A stretch of DNA of 64,000 bases from a virus (lineage: Duplodnaviria > Caudoviricetes), in the IMG/VR virus record IMGVR_UViG_3300033073_001248, positions 21,687-85,686 of that record; one strand, given 5' to 3'. The translations under genes and the position numbers were made by a program. Of the stretch, positions 27,343 through 37,335 are shown piece after piece. Under the pieces are notes generated by a model. It ran no database searches. It was not told the origin of the DNA and was given only the letters and a program-made list of their open reading frames with translations. Each line of letters begins with the position of its first letter. Within the stretch, counting starts at the first letter, position 1.

Positions 27343-27589
27343 CACAACTTATGTTTACGAGCAAGCAAATGGCGTAACCTACGCAAGAGAAATCGGGGCC
27401 AACCCCAGTACAAGAATTGAGATTGGCAGAACTGTTAGTCCTCGCGATTTGGAAGAACAACATTTATGGCAAAAAGTAAGGCAAGTTGCGAAAACCAATC
27501 CGGCTTTACAAGCCGAGATGGATCGTGTTATAATGTTGTATTACCTAATCAAAGAAGAAGAAAAGTCAATTTTTCATCACTCAGTATAA
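27323..27589 (+). CDS. Hypothetical protein
   Basis: 88-aa ORF coupled to the next gene. Confidence 0.7.
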   Translation: MGNLKPNTTYVYEQANGVTYAREIGANPSTRIEIGRTVSPRDLEEQHLWQKVRQVAKTNPALQAEMDRVIMLYYLIKEEEKSIFHHSV

Positions 27590-28053
27590 TGGACAAGTTA
27601 TCAATCAACAATGAAATGGCACAGTTGGACGCCAAAAATTATGACTTTTATGATGAGTTGAACGAAGAAGAACGAAAGAAGTTCAGCACTTATCTTATGT
27701 TGCGCTATGCAGCTAGTGTGCAAGGATCACCTGATCTTCAAGAATGGTATCTCAGAGCCACCAATGACCGCGTTAATCAAAACTTTTTTGATTTAAATAG
27801 ACATCCAAAACTACAATGGTTACTGTGTACAACTGTTAGTCCTGGTATGGGTGTACAGCGACATTATTGGCAAGCCGCCAAAAAGAAAGACAGTGCAAAC
27901 AGTAAAGCAGTAAAATTTATTCTTAAATTGTATCCTCATTTAAAACAAGATGAAGCAGAACTGTTGGCCGAAATCAACACAGAAAAAGATCTCAAGCAGT
28001 TTGCACGACAAATGGGCATGACTGATCAGGAAATTAAAAAGGAACTGGGGTGA
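27589..28053 (+). CDS. Clamp-loader small subunit (T4 gp62-like), putative
   Basis: TAATG coupling at 27589. Helical protein whose YLMLR..., N.NFFDL.RHPKLQW, W..KK and KAV..I..LYP pattern recalls gp62; replication context. Confidence 0.5.
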   Translation: MDKLSINNEMAQLDAKNYDFYDELNEEERKKFSTYLMLRYAASVQGSPDLQEWYLRATNDRVNQNFFDLNRHPKLQWLLCTTVSPGMGVQRHYWQAAKKKDSANSKAVKFILKLYPHLKQDEAELLAEINTEKDLKQFARQMGMTDQEIKKELG

Positions 28054-28733
28054 CAGTTACTTGTCAGTACTGTAAAAAATCCTTTACTAGAGAAAGCACA
28101 TTGGCAGCTCATATGTGCGAGCCTAAGCGCAGGCATCAAAATCAAACAGATCCTGATGTACAGATGGGTTTCAAAGCTTACTTGCGTTTTTATGAAATCA
28201 CACAGGGCAGTGCTAAATTAAAAACCTACGAAGACTTTGCCGGCAGCAGTTATTATTCAGCCTTTGTAAAGTTTGGTCGTCACTGTCGTGGCATTCGTTG
28301 TGTTAACTTTGCCAGCTACACAGACTGGTTGTTGAAAAACAATAAAAAACTAGATCAATGGTCTAAGGATGCATTTTATGTAGAATGGCTGCAACAGTAT
28401 ATGCGTAAAGAAAGTGTGGATGACGCTGTAGAACGAGCATTCAAAGAAATGCAGGACGCCACTGAAATAGACATAAACTTGCACAATGATTTTAAAAACT
28501 ACTTTAGATACGGCTCAAGAAACAGAATCTGTCACCACATTGCCAACGGCAGAATTAGTCCTTGGATCATTTATAACTGTGATACCGGAATAGAATTTCT
28601 CAGTGATTTAAATGAAGAACAATTGGCCATTATCATGCCTTGGATTGATCCTGACTTTTGGCAACAGAAATTTAGAGATTATGTAGCAGATGTTGAATAC
28701 ATCAAAAACATTTTAAAAGAAGCAGGCCTGTGA
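28050..28733 (+). CDS. Protein with N-terminal classical-type zinc finger
   Basis: CQYCKKSFTRESTLAAHMC = C-x2-C-x3-F-x5-L-x2-H-x-C. Confidence 0.7.
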   Translation: MTVTCQYCKKSFTRESTLAAHMCEPKRRHQNQTDPDVQMGFKAYLRFYEITQGSAKLKTYEDFAGSSYYSAFVKFGRHCRGIRCVNFASYTDWLLKNNKKLDQWSKDAFYVEWLQQYMRKESVDDAVERAFKEMQDATEIDINLHNDFKNYFRYGSRNRICHHIANGRISPWIIYNCDTGIEFLSDLNEEQLAIIMPWIDPDFWQQKFRDYVADVEYIKNILKEAGL

Positions 28734-28954
28734 CTGAAGTTCATATCAAAATTGAAGATATAAGTGAAGCTTACTATTTGTTAGACGAGCTAAAAAAACA
28801 TGGTTTTGCAGTTAACCAAGATTTTGAATGGAGTTATTTTCCCACTAACTGGGACTATTTCACAAATACCAGCACAGACAGAGGCGTTACTTTTGCTTTT
28901 AAACAGGATGCCTCAGCAAGTTGGTTTTTACTAAAATATGGAAATAGATCTTAA
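28730..28954 (+). CDS. Small hypothetical protein
   Basis: GTGA overlap; 74 aa. Confidence 0.6.
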   Translation: MTEVHIKIEDISEAYYLLDELKKHGFAVNQDFEWSYFPTNWDYFTNTSTDRGVTFAFKQDASASWFLLKYGNRS

Positions 28955-28956
28955 AA

Positions 28957-29682
28957 ATGATTTATATCAACGGCGATAGTTATATGAAAATGTCCGATGG
29001 AAAAAATACCGGTGAATTTTTAGCTGCCAAGTTACAGACCACCGTTATAAACAATAGTATATTAGGGTCATCAAACGAAAGAATATTTAGAACAAGTTTG
29101 CGAGATTTAATCAATTTAAAAAAAACAACCAATGAAAAAATTACAGCTATAGTTGGTTTAAGTTACATATATAGAAAAAGTATCTGGGATCCGTTGGGAC
29201 AAGACGACAGATGGAAACAAAGCAACGACGGCGAATTTGCATGTTATCAAATATTTCAAGGAGAAAATTGGTTAGAAAAATTATTTAAAAATCAATCTTT
29301 TAATAATATGCCAGAACATTTAAAAAAATACAGTAAAGAAATAGCATTATTTTATAATCCTGAAGCAGAAGTAACAAATTTACTGCAATCAGTTGAACTT
29401 TTTTCTACTTGGTGTGAAAATAATAATATCGATTACATTATTTTTTCGGGCCCCCGACAAGAAGATATAATAGATTTTACTGCACCATTTGTTGAACCTT
29501 TTTATAATTCTGTTGTAATAAAAAAAAATGTTTTAAACTTGTTTGAATTTAGTTTTTGTGAATATTGTGCATCACAAGGATTTAAAGGTTTTGATTTTGA
29601 AATTTTTGGGAAATATGCACATCACGGTCAAGCTGCTCATGAAAAATTTGCAGATTTTCTAATAGAGCAGTATAATTTGTAA
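28957..29682 (+). CDS. SGNH/GDSL-hydrolase-like protein
   Basis: YINGDSY, NNSILGSSNERI, C-terminal AHHGQAAH; very AT-rich relative to neighbours. Confidence 0.55.
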   Translation: MIYINGDSYMKMSDGKNTGEFLAAKLQTTVINNSILGSSNERIFRTSLRDLINLKKTTNEKITAIVGLSYIYRKSIWDPLGQDDRWKQSNDGEFACYQIFQGENWLEKLFKNQSFNNMPEHLKKYSKEIALFYNPEAEVTNLLQSVELFSTWCENNNIDYIIFSGPRQEDIIDFTAPFVEPFYNSVVIKKNVLNLFEFSFCEYCASQGFKGFDFEIFGKYAHHGQAAHEKFADFLIEQYNL

Positions 29683-29683
29683 T

Positions 29684-30283
29684 ATGAAGTTTAAATCAGA
29701 CATTGACATTGATTTCGCAGATAGAGATCAAATTCTAAAATTACTCAAGCACACACCTGCTAGTATTATTCGCGACGATAAAGTCACTAAGCATAACACA
29801 GGTGTTTACTTTCAAGCGATACCACAAGATCCCTTTACTGGTCAGGCCAGTTTGGACTATGAAGCAGCAGAAGATCGTGGCTATCTTAAGTTAGACTTTT
29901 TAAATGTTAGTGTGTATGGTCGAGTACAAAGTGAGCAACATCTAGTAGAACTAATGACTACAAAACCCGATTGGGCCAAACTGTATGACCGTGAATTCTG
30001 TGAGCAGTTAATTCATGTCAACGCACACTATGACACATTAATTAGAATGCCTGAACCGGTGGACAGTATCCCTAGAATGGCTATGTTTTTGGCAGTAATT
30101 CGTCCTGCAAAACGGCACTTGATTGGACAGCCGTGGCGCGAAGTTGCTAAAACTATTTGGGACAAACCTCAAGATGGCAGTTATTTTTTTAAGAAGTCGC
30201 ATAGCATATCTTACGCAACACTAGTAGCTGTAAACATGAATTTAAATGACCCTTCGTACAAGGGTAATGCTGCGACGCTTTGA
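29684..30283 (+). CDS. Miniature DNA polymerase III alpha (family C) core-like protein
   Basis: SDIDIDF, KHNTGVY, GYLKLDFLNV, RMAMFLAVIRP, FFKKSHSISYA correspond in order to DnaE PDFDVDF, KHAGGVV, KFDFLGL, ALFRPG, FNKSHSAAYA; only 199 aa. Confidence 0.75.
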   Translation: MKFKSDIDIDFADRDQILKLLKHTPASIIRDDKVTKHNTGVYFQAIPQDPFTGQASLDYEAAEDRGYLKLDFLNVSVYGRVQSEQHLVELMTTKPDWAKLYDREFCEQLIHVNAHYDTLIRMPEPVDSIPRMAMFLAVIRPAKRHLIGQPWREVAKTIWDKPQDGSYFFKKSHSISYATLVAVNMNLNDPSYKGNAATL

Positions 30284-30613
30284 ACGCTTTTGAGCGTTTT
30301 CTTTAAGGCTCAGTGCAGGCCCATATTTTACCTCAACATCCTTACTGTTGAATGTCTTTAATGTTGGCCTAAATGGGTGCCATTCTGTTTTTAGAAATAT
30401 GTTAATGGGCACCATTCTATTGCTTTCCCACCACCAAGCTTCACCCAGTTCTAAGTAAAGCCGTTTCTGCTCGGGTGTTTTTAATACAGCAAAATCATAG
30501 ATGCTGGTTATTACATCATCTATGTTCTGTATGATTCCTATATATTCGTTCCCCCCATAAGTTAAAAAACTTAAAAAGGGATAGTCGTCTAATAATTTCT
30601 GATAGTCCTGCAC
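30242..30613 (-). CDS. Hypothetical protein (only minus-strand gene called)
   Basis: GTG start 5 nt after a minus-strand TATAAATA; protein-like composition (WWWESNR). Confidence 0.7.
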   Translation of the reverse strand: MQDYQKLLDDYPFLSFLTYGGNEYIGIIQNIDDVITSIYDFAVLKTPEQKRLYLELGEAWWWESNRMVPINIFLKTEWHPFRPTLKTFNSKDVEVKYGPALSLKENAQKRSKRRSITLVRRVI

Positions 30614-30618
30614 GAAGT

Positions 30619-30669
30619 TATTTATATGCTGTTATTTGTAGCTTTTTGAATATGGCTTTCGAATAAATA
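30619..30669. promoter_or_regulatory. Divergent pair of T4-type late promoters
   Basis: TATTTATA at 30619-26 (TATAAATA on minus strand) and AATAAATA at 30662-69 on plus strand. Confidence 0.6.
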
Positions 30670-30673
30670 CTCT

Positions 30674-31174
30674 ATGCAGCAGATTAATACATACATCTAC
30701 GACAATACGATCCTGATTCAGATAGCTACGGATCCAGAAATTGAACAAAGGAACAGAGTTGTGTACACTAGAACTATAACAGTCTACAAAGGTGTAGACA
30801 ATATTATCAAAGTAAAAGTCCAAAATCAGGATCAAAAACCCTATAATCTCACTAATGTACAGCCTTTGGTTTTTAGTGTCATTGACGATTATGTTACCAG
30901 CAACGCTAATGTTATATTTCAAAGCAATGTAACAATCAGCAACGCCACAGCAGGCATCGGAACTGTAACTATCCCCGTTATAAACATTAATGCATTTGAG
31001 CGTGAACAGTACATTTACTCACTTTATTACACAACAGGCAACACACAACAACCTGCTTATGTAGATGACAACTGGGGAGCTCAAGGGCAAATGGTTGTTG
31101 TGGGTACTGCATATCCGGAATTTACAGGCAATATATTTGTTGGCGACCCCGTAGAGGATTTGGGCACACTATAA
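30674..31174 (+). CDS. Virion structural protein (baseplate/fibre-associated Ig-like), putative
   Basis: First gene of a late operon; beta-rich with VKVQNQDQKP, GIGTVTIP. Confidence 0.5.
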   Translation: MQQINTYIYDNTILIQIATDPEIEQRNRVVYTRTITVYKGVDNIIKVKVQNQDQKPYNLTNVQPLVFSVIDDYVTSNANVIFQSNVTISNATAGIGTVTIPVININAFEREQYIYSLYYTTGNTQQPAYVDDNWGAQGQMVVVGTAYPEFTGNIFVGDPVEDLGTL

Positions 31175-34100
31175 TGACAATTAGCACAAGACGATTAAGA
31201 TTACTACGCGGCAATGCAGCCGCAGTGGCTGCATTTACTGGGCTTCAGGGTGAATTGGTTTTTAATACTGATACATACACACTGCATCTGCAAGATGGCG
31301 CAACAGCAGGCGGCTATAGTCTTGCTACTACTGCAGATTTAGCCAATATTAGTGCCAACGGCAATTATGGAAACAGTAATGTTGCTAGTTACTTAGCAAG
31401 TAATTCGAATGTAACAATTTTAACAACTTCTAACATTACCTCTTACTCTGATATAATCGGTAATGTGTTTAGTGGTCAGTACTTAGTTTTAGGTAACGCT
31501 ATAAACCAAGGCCAAAGTCCTTTTTTAATAGCCAATGTTAATAATGCAATTAATTTATTGACAGGTAATCGCGGCAACGGCAATGTCAGTATTCAATTGC
31601 GGGCAAATAATAACCTAACTGGCATTTATTTGCGAAATGATAACGGTTCGATGGGATTTAATACGGTCCCCAGCGGACCAAATATTGGTTATACTTTTAC
31701 TTTTAACGGTAGTGCTTATGCCAACGAGTTTTACACTGAAGCCAATATGCCCACAGGATATCAGTTCAACACAACTGATGGGGACACTGGTCTTAGTCAT
31801 GTAAATCTTGGTGGTAATTTAAGTGCTATTAGAATCCGTCAGGCTGGTCGCGAAACAGTTAAATTCTACAGCAACGATACTACCGAAATGCGTGGTAATA
31901 TTGTTATCAGCGACGGTGTAAATTACGGCCAATATCCTAATGCTTACATGCAGGTCTATGGCTATGCCAACAGCTATCAGCAGGTTGTTAACCAAAATCT
32001 AAGCAATAGTGCTGCCTCCAGCTCCGACTTTGTTGCCACAGCAGACAATGGCAGCGACACTTCTTATTTCATAGACATGGGCATTAACAGCAGCCAATTT
32101 GCCAGCGACAGTTGGTTCCCAGAGTCTAGTACAATAAATGATGGTTACTTGTATGTTGTAGGTTACGATGCTGCAGGACCTAGTACAGGTAACATTGGTA
32201 ATTTATATATTGGCAGTACAAATGGTGTTGTAAAAACATTCATAGGCAATACCTCAGATGCTAATGTAGTAACCACAGTCAGCACTAACTTATTTGCTGT
32301 CAGTGGAAACATCACAGCCACTGGTACACTACGAACTAATGCTACAACCATATCATTAGGCTACCATGCAGGCAACAGTGGCCAAGGCGCACTGACTGTT
32401 GCTGTTGGTAACCAAGCAGGTGAAATTGATCAAGGTCTGCAAGCTACAGCAGTTGGTGCTGGCGCTGGTAACTATGCTCAAGGTATTGGTACTACGGCAG
32501 TGGGTACTAATGCAGGAGCTGTTAACCAAGGGCTTCGCGCGGTAGCTATCGGGGCCTTGGCAGGATCACAAAATCAAGGTCAGTATGCTGTGGCTATTGG
32601 TAACTTTGCCGGCGGCACTAATCAAGCAAATAACAGCATTATATTAAGCGCCACAGGCACCAATTGGACTGCCAGTACTTCGGGTTTCTTTGTAGCACCT
32701 GTTGCAACTAGTACCACTGGCAATGTTTTATATTATAATACAACCACAAACGAAATAACTTACGGCGCTGCCGGCAGCACAAATTCGTTATCAAACGGCA
32801 CCAGTAATGTGTCAATACTCACAGCCAATGGTAATGTCACAGTGACAGCAGCTGGCACAAAAACTTGGACATTAGGCACTGACGGAACATTAACATTACC
32901 AAGCGGCGGACAGATAGGTGAAATTCAGTATGCTGGTGGTATTGATTTGTTTGCGTCAAACGCAATGGCCTACACACAAATCAATTATAACAACACAAAT
33001 TTTATCTATGCAGACTCTGGCGTTTCTGCATTGCAAACCCCTAATGCTTATGTAACTGCTGATACTCTCACAAAAAGAGCTTTGATTCAAGTAATAGATC
33101 CTGATACTTCAGCGGACAGTACTTGGAATTTTGCAGCCAACGGAGAATTAGCATTACCTGCCGATAGAGGAAAAATTGGTCTTAATTCTTATGTAAATGG
33201 CATGGACCTTTATAATAACAGTGGCGGTTCGGGCTATGTAAAAATGAATTTTGGTGACCAGTCTTATATGTGGGTCGATCCTGCAGGTGCCCACATTCAA
33301 ACTTCTGGGGGTAATTGGGATTTTAATGCCAACGGTGTATTGGTGGCCACTGGTAATATTGTAGCTAGTTTTGCCACAAGTCCAGCACCTGTAATTTCTG
33401 GTTATGCTTTTGACGGAGTTAGCGTAAACGCTAATATCGGAACATTCAATACAATTTATGGAACTATAGGCACTGCCTCACAAACAAATATTACAACTGT
33501 TGGCACTTTAACTGGTTTGGCAGTATCCGGCACTACTAACACAACCACCTTACAGGTCGGTGGCAATGCTACTATTGGCAACTTAATAGTAACTGGTAAC
33601 TCAACAATTATTGGTAATATTACCCAGATTAGCGGTAACAGTGGTCAATTCTTTGGTAATGCAGCCACAGGCTTTAACGCACTATACACAGGTATTGCCG
33701 CAGGCTATACACCGTTACAACAGACAATCATACAGAGTAGTGGTAATTACAACGACTATGTGCAGATTAATTTGCAAAATATCAACAGCGGCAATGCAGC
33801 CACTGGTGACTATATTGTAACTGCTGACAATGGATCCGACGCTACATATTTCATTGACATGGGCATTGCCAGCAGTAATTTCGATGGTTTGAGTGCTAAT
33901 ATTGTTGGTAATTCAGTTCGTGCAAATGACGGTTATTTGTATACCATGGGCAACGGCTCAGGCAATCAGGGCGGTAACTTAATCTTTGGCACAGGCACAG
34001 TAGGCAAGGTAGTTAAGATTATTGCAGGTGGTGGTAATACATCAAATGTTGTTGCTACTGTTTCTGCAGGTGCATTTACAGTTAATGGCAATATAACAGG

Positions 34101-36795
34101 TTCTTACATATTGGGTAACGGTAGCCAGTTGACTGGAGTTGCAGCCGCTACAGCAACAACAGCACAATATGTAACTGGACTGACCAGCGCCAATGTAATA
34201 ACGGCATTGGGCTATACACCTTCGAATTACGGCGATGCAAACGTTGCAGCGTTTTCTGGTAATTTGAATCCAGGTAACATCATATTAGCCAACGCAAGTG
34301 GCAGAATACAATTTAAGGCTTCGGGCACAACAAACGGTTCTTACATATACGACACACTTGGTTCTTTGTACCTGTCACCGAATACATCCTACTCGGCTAC
34401 TGCAGGCGTTATTATAGCCGGTTCTGGATTTATTTTAGGTCCCAACAGTGCAAGAAACCTAACTCTAAACTATAACAATGTCAACGGCGCAGTTGGTCTC
34501 CAAGCCAACGTGGTAATTGGTACAACACAAGCCGGCGGCAACTTGACTGTAGCTAACAGTATTACAGCCAGCGGTAATGTAACTGGCAACTATTTTATTG
34601 GTAATGGCGCACTATTAACAGGTATTACCGCCAGTGCTAATTATGGAAATACCAATGTTGCAGCGTTCTTAGGTGCATACGGCAGTAACACTATTGTAAC
34701 TACTGGTAATATTACTGGCGGTTACTTCATCGGCAATGGCGCATTATTAACGGGCATAGCAGCAAGTTCTAACTATGGTAACACCAATGTAGCTGCATAT
34801 TTGCCAACTTATACTGGAAATGTAAATGCAGCTTACTATTTTGGTAATGGCAGTCAATTGACAGGAATTACTGCTACCACAGCCACAACTGCACAGTATG
34901 TAACAGGATTGACCAGTGCTAATGTAACAACGGCTTTAGGATATACACCTACAAATTACAGTGACAGTAATGTAGGTTCCTATTTGTCTTCGGGCACCAC
35001 CGGTGCAATAAGTGCATTGTCAGCAACATTCCGTAACGGTGAACCCAATCCTAATTACAACACTTCACAAATAACATTTGGATATGCAGGCACTTCACAG
35101 TACCCTCATTTCATACATACTTTACACAATGCTGGTTCAGGATCCTACAACGCTATTAATTTTTACACCAGCGATGGTACACAGAGTGGTGTATTCCCAA
35201 CAAATGGTATATTAGGTTTAACTATAAGCAATGGTAAAATTGGCGTAGGTAATAACACTAATCCTTCCTATACCTTAGATGTAGCAGGTAATGCTTATGT
35301 AAGCGGCAATATATCAGCCTTATACTTTGTTGGTAATGGTAGTTTACTAACCGGCATTGTAGCAACATCTAGCTATAATGATTCTAATGTTGCTGCTTTC
35401 TTAGCCAATATTGGCAGTAACACAATAACTACAACAGGCAATATTACTGGTAATTACTTTATCGGTAATGGAGCACTGTTAACTGGCATATCAGCCAGCG
35501 CCAACTACGGAAATACTAATGTTGCAGCGTTCTTAGGTGCATACGGTAGTAACACTATTGTAACTACTGGTAATATTACAGCTGGTAATTTAATTGGAAA
35601 TGCATCAGGTACAACAGCTTCTTATACAGGCAATGTAACTGGTAATTTCTTCATTGGTAACGGTTCTACTTTAACAGGTGTAACAAATTACAGCAATGCT
35701 AATGCTGTATCAATGTTAAGCACTAATACCAATGTCATTATTGGTAACACTAACGTTTATCCGTTGCAGGGTAATATTACACAGGTATTCGTTGGTAATG
35801 CCACAGCACTAACCAGCGGCGGCAATACTGGCCCAACTTTGACCAATATACTGAATAATGCCTACTATGATGCCGCCGGCGCACTACGCTATCGCAATAC
35901 ACAGACTGGTGCATTATCAATTGCATTGGGTGGTTCAGGAGGAATTTCAGTAGGTGGAACAACTGGAAGTGTAACAGCCAATGCTGCTAGCGGCATGGGC
36001 GCATGGTTAACTCTTAACGGTACTACTCTTCAAACATATAACAGTATTGGAATTACCAGTTCTGGCACAATAACAACCACTAGTGGTTCATTGGTAACTG
36101 GTGCGGCTGTCAGTACTTTGTTCAATACAGTGGCCAGCACTGTTAATATGGGTGGTGCGGCAACCACTATTGCCATGGGCGCAAGTACTGCAACAGTTAC
36201 AATTGGTTCAGGTACTGGTAATCTTACAGTTGGTAATATTAGTGCTGGTGGCAACATTACAGTCGGCAATGTTATTGGTCTAACCACAAACACAACTATT
36301 ACTGCAGGCACATATACAACTACATTTGATAATGTGGGCAATGTCACAGTAAGTGGCAATTTGACAATCAACGGTGTATATGCTGGCTATGCGCCAGCTC
36401 GTGCAGCAGTTCGTTTATATGGTAATTCATCAACTAATTTGACCGCAGGAACCACAATAAGTAATCAAGTAATTGATTATAATCAAGGCAGTTATTACAA
36501 TAATTCTACAGGACTCTTTACAGTGCCAATTGCAGGACTATATCATTGTTATGCTACTATTCGTGTTGGCAATAACAATGCGCTGAACCAAGCAGCACTA
36601 TTAAAGAATAATAATACAACTGGAGCAAACGTTATTGCATTCTGGGAAACAGATACTAATGCAGGAGTTGCAAGTCATTTCTCAATAACAGGCTATGCCA
36701 AGTGCGTGGCAGGCGATACTATAAGCTTGAAAGTAATAACAGGCAACGTGCAATTTGACAGCAATGACAGCTGGGGCGTAACATATATAGGTTAA
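31174..36795 (+). CDS. Long tail fibre / adhesin (1873 aa)
   Basis: N-terminal LLRG..AAVAAFTGLQGELVFNTDT.TLHLQDG anchor; YadA-like AVAVGNQAG repeats; many GNITGNYFIGNGALLTGI repeats; C-terminal C1q/TNF-like domain (YNNSTGLFTVPIAGLY). Confidence 0.85.
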   Translation: MTISTRRLRLLRGNAAAVAAFTGLQGELVFNTDTYTLHLQDGATAGGYSLATTADLANISANGNYGNSNVASYLASNSNVTILTTSNITSYSDIIGNVFSGQYLVLGNAINQGQSPFLIANVNNAINLLTGNRGNGNVSIQLRANNNLTGIYLRNDNGSMGFNTVPSGPNIGYTFTFNGSAYANEFYTEANMPTGYQFNTTDGDTGLSHVNLGGNLSAIRIRQAGRETVKFYSNDTTEMRGNIVISDGVNYGQYPNAYMQVYGYANSYQQVVNQNLSNSAASSSDFVATADNGSDTSYFIDMGINSSQFASDSWFPESSTINDGYLYVVGYDAAGPSTGNIGNLYIGSTNGVVKTFIGNTSDANVVTTVSTNLFAVSGNITATGTLRTNATTISLGYHAGNSGQGALTVAVGNQAGEIDQGLQATAVGAGAGNYAQGIGTTAVGTNAGAVNQGLRAVAIGALAGSQNQGQYAVAIGNFAGGTNQANNSIILSATGTNWTASTSGFFVAPVATSTTGNVLYYNTTTNEITYGAAGSTNSLSNGTSNVSILTANGNVTVTAAGTKTWTLGTDGTLTLPSGGQIGEIQYAGGIDLFASNAMAYTQINYNNTNFIYADSGVSALQTPNAYVTADTLTKRALIQVIDPDTSADSTWNFAANGELALPADRGKIGLNSYVNGMDLYNNSGGSGYVKMNFGDQSYMWVDPAGAHIQTSGGNWDFNANGVLVATGNIVASFATSPAPVISGYAFDGVSVNANIGTFNTIYGTIGTASQTNITTVGTLTGLAVSGTTNTTTLQVGGNATIGNLIVTGNSTIIGNITQISGNSGQFFGNAATGFNALYTGIAAGYTPLQQTIIQSSGNYNDYVQINLQNINSGNAATGDYIVTADNGSDATYFIDMGIASSNFDGLSANIVGNSVRANDGYLYTMGNGSGNQGGNLIFGTGTVGKVVKIIAGGGNTSNVVATVSAGAFTVNGNITGSYILGNGSQLTGVAAATATTAQYVTGLTSANVITALGYTPSNYGDANVAAFSGNLNPGNIILANASGRIQFKASGTTNGSYIYDTLGSLYLSPNTSYSATAGVIIAGSGFILGPNSARNLTLNYNNVNGAVGLQANVVIGTTQAGGNLTVANSITASGNVTGNYFIGNGALLTGITASANYGNTNVAAFLGAYGSNTIVTTGNITGGYFIGNGALLTGIAASSNYGNTNVAAYLPTYTGNVNAAYYFGNGSQLTGITATTATTAQYVTGLTSANVTTALGYTPTNYSDSNVGSYLSSGTTGAISALSATFRNGEPNPNYNTSQITFGYAGTSQYPHFIHTLHNAGSGSYNAINFYTSDGTQSGVFPTNGILGLTISNGKIGVGNNTNPSYTLDVAGNAYVSGNISALYFVGNGSLLTGIVATSSYNDSNVAAFLANIGSNTITTTGNITGNYFIGNGALLTGISASANYGNTNVAAFLGAYGSNTIVTTGNITAGNLIGNASGTTASYTGNVTGNFFIGNGSTLTGVTNYSNANAVSMLSTNTNVIIGNTNVYPLQGNITQVFVGNATALTSGGNTGPTLTNILNNAYYDAAGALRYRNTQTGALSIALGGSGGISVGGTTGSVTANAASGMGAWLTLNGTTLQTYNSIGITSSGTITTTSGSLVTGAAVSTLFNTVASTVNMGGAATTIAMGASTATVTIGSGTGNLTVGNISAGGNITVGNVIGLTTNTTITAGTYTTTFDNVGNVTVSGNLTINGVYAGYAPARAAVRLYGNSSTNLTAGTTISNQVIDYNQGSYYNNSTGLFTVPIAGLYHCYATIRVGNNNALNQAALLKNNNTTGANVIAFWETDTNAGVASHFSITGYAKCVAGDTISLKVITGNVQFDSNDSWGVTYIG
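34654..35579 (+). repeat. 62-bp direct repeat (1 mismatch) inside tail fibre
   Basis: AATGTTGCAGCGTTCTTAGGTGCATACGG(C/T)AGTAACACTATTGTAACTACTGGTAATATTAC at 34654-34715 and 35518-35579. Confidence 0.9.
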
Positions 36796-36798
36796 TCA

Positions 36799-37335
36799 AT
36801 GACTATTAGAAAACTTCACTCACATAATACAAACAGTACAAGAGCAAGTATTGCTAAAGACTACACCGAGTTATACTTTGACGATGCTACAAACACCATT
36901 TTGTTACCGGATCCAACAGGCCTATTAGAAACAAAAATTGGTGCAGCTACTGCATCACCACAGTTACCTGGTTACAAAGCAGTCTGCGTGGATGACGGAG
37001 TACCAGTTCAACTTGATGGTTTGATAGTTCAGATGAACACAGGTGCGCCCCGCAGTTTACAATTCAAATTGGCCGCGGGTACTATTAGCACAAGAATATC
37101 AGGTGAGATTTACTGGAGCAATGGTGCTTATGTTGGTAATTACAGTGCCAATTACTGGACAGGCGATACACTAAACACCACTTGGCAACAGATATTTGGA
37201 TGGAACTTTCCCTGGGAGGGCGATAAAGCTGTTTACAATGTAATAGATAGAACAAACAAGCGTTTATACAGAATCACTTTAATCATTGGTGCGGGATATA
37301 AAAATAACTTTATTGTCATGGAGAGATTAGTCTAA
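36799..37335 (+). CDS. Tail-fibre-associated hypothetical protein
   Basis: Directly follows the fibre gene; beta-rich. Confidence 0.6.
   Translation: MTIRKLHSHNTNSTRASIAKDYTELYFDDATNTILLPDPTGLLETKIGAATASPQLPGYKAVCVDDGVPVQLDGLIVQMNTGAPRSLQFKLAAGTISTRISGEIYWSNGAYVGNYSANYWTGDTLNTTWQQIFGWNFPWEGDKAVYNVIDRTNKRLYRITLIIGAGYKNNFIVMERLV

Noticed and set aside
31174-36795. Dense N-x-S/T sequons in the fibre as evidence of N-glycosylation by the sugar cluster
   Set aside because: N/T/S-rich repeats are intrinsic to beta-rich fibres; no enrichment test was possible and no oligosaccharyltransferase was seen.
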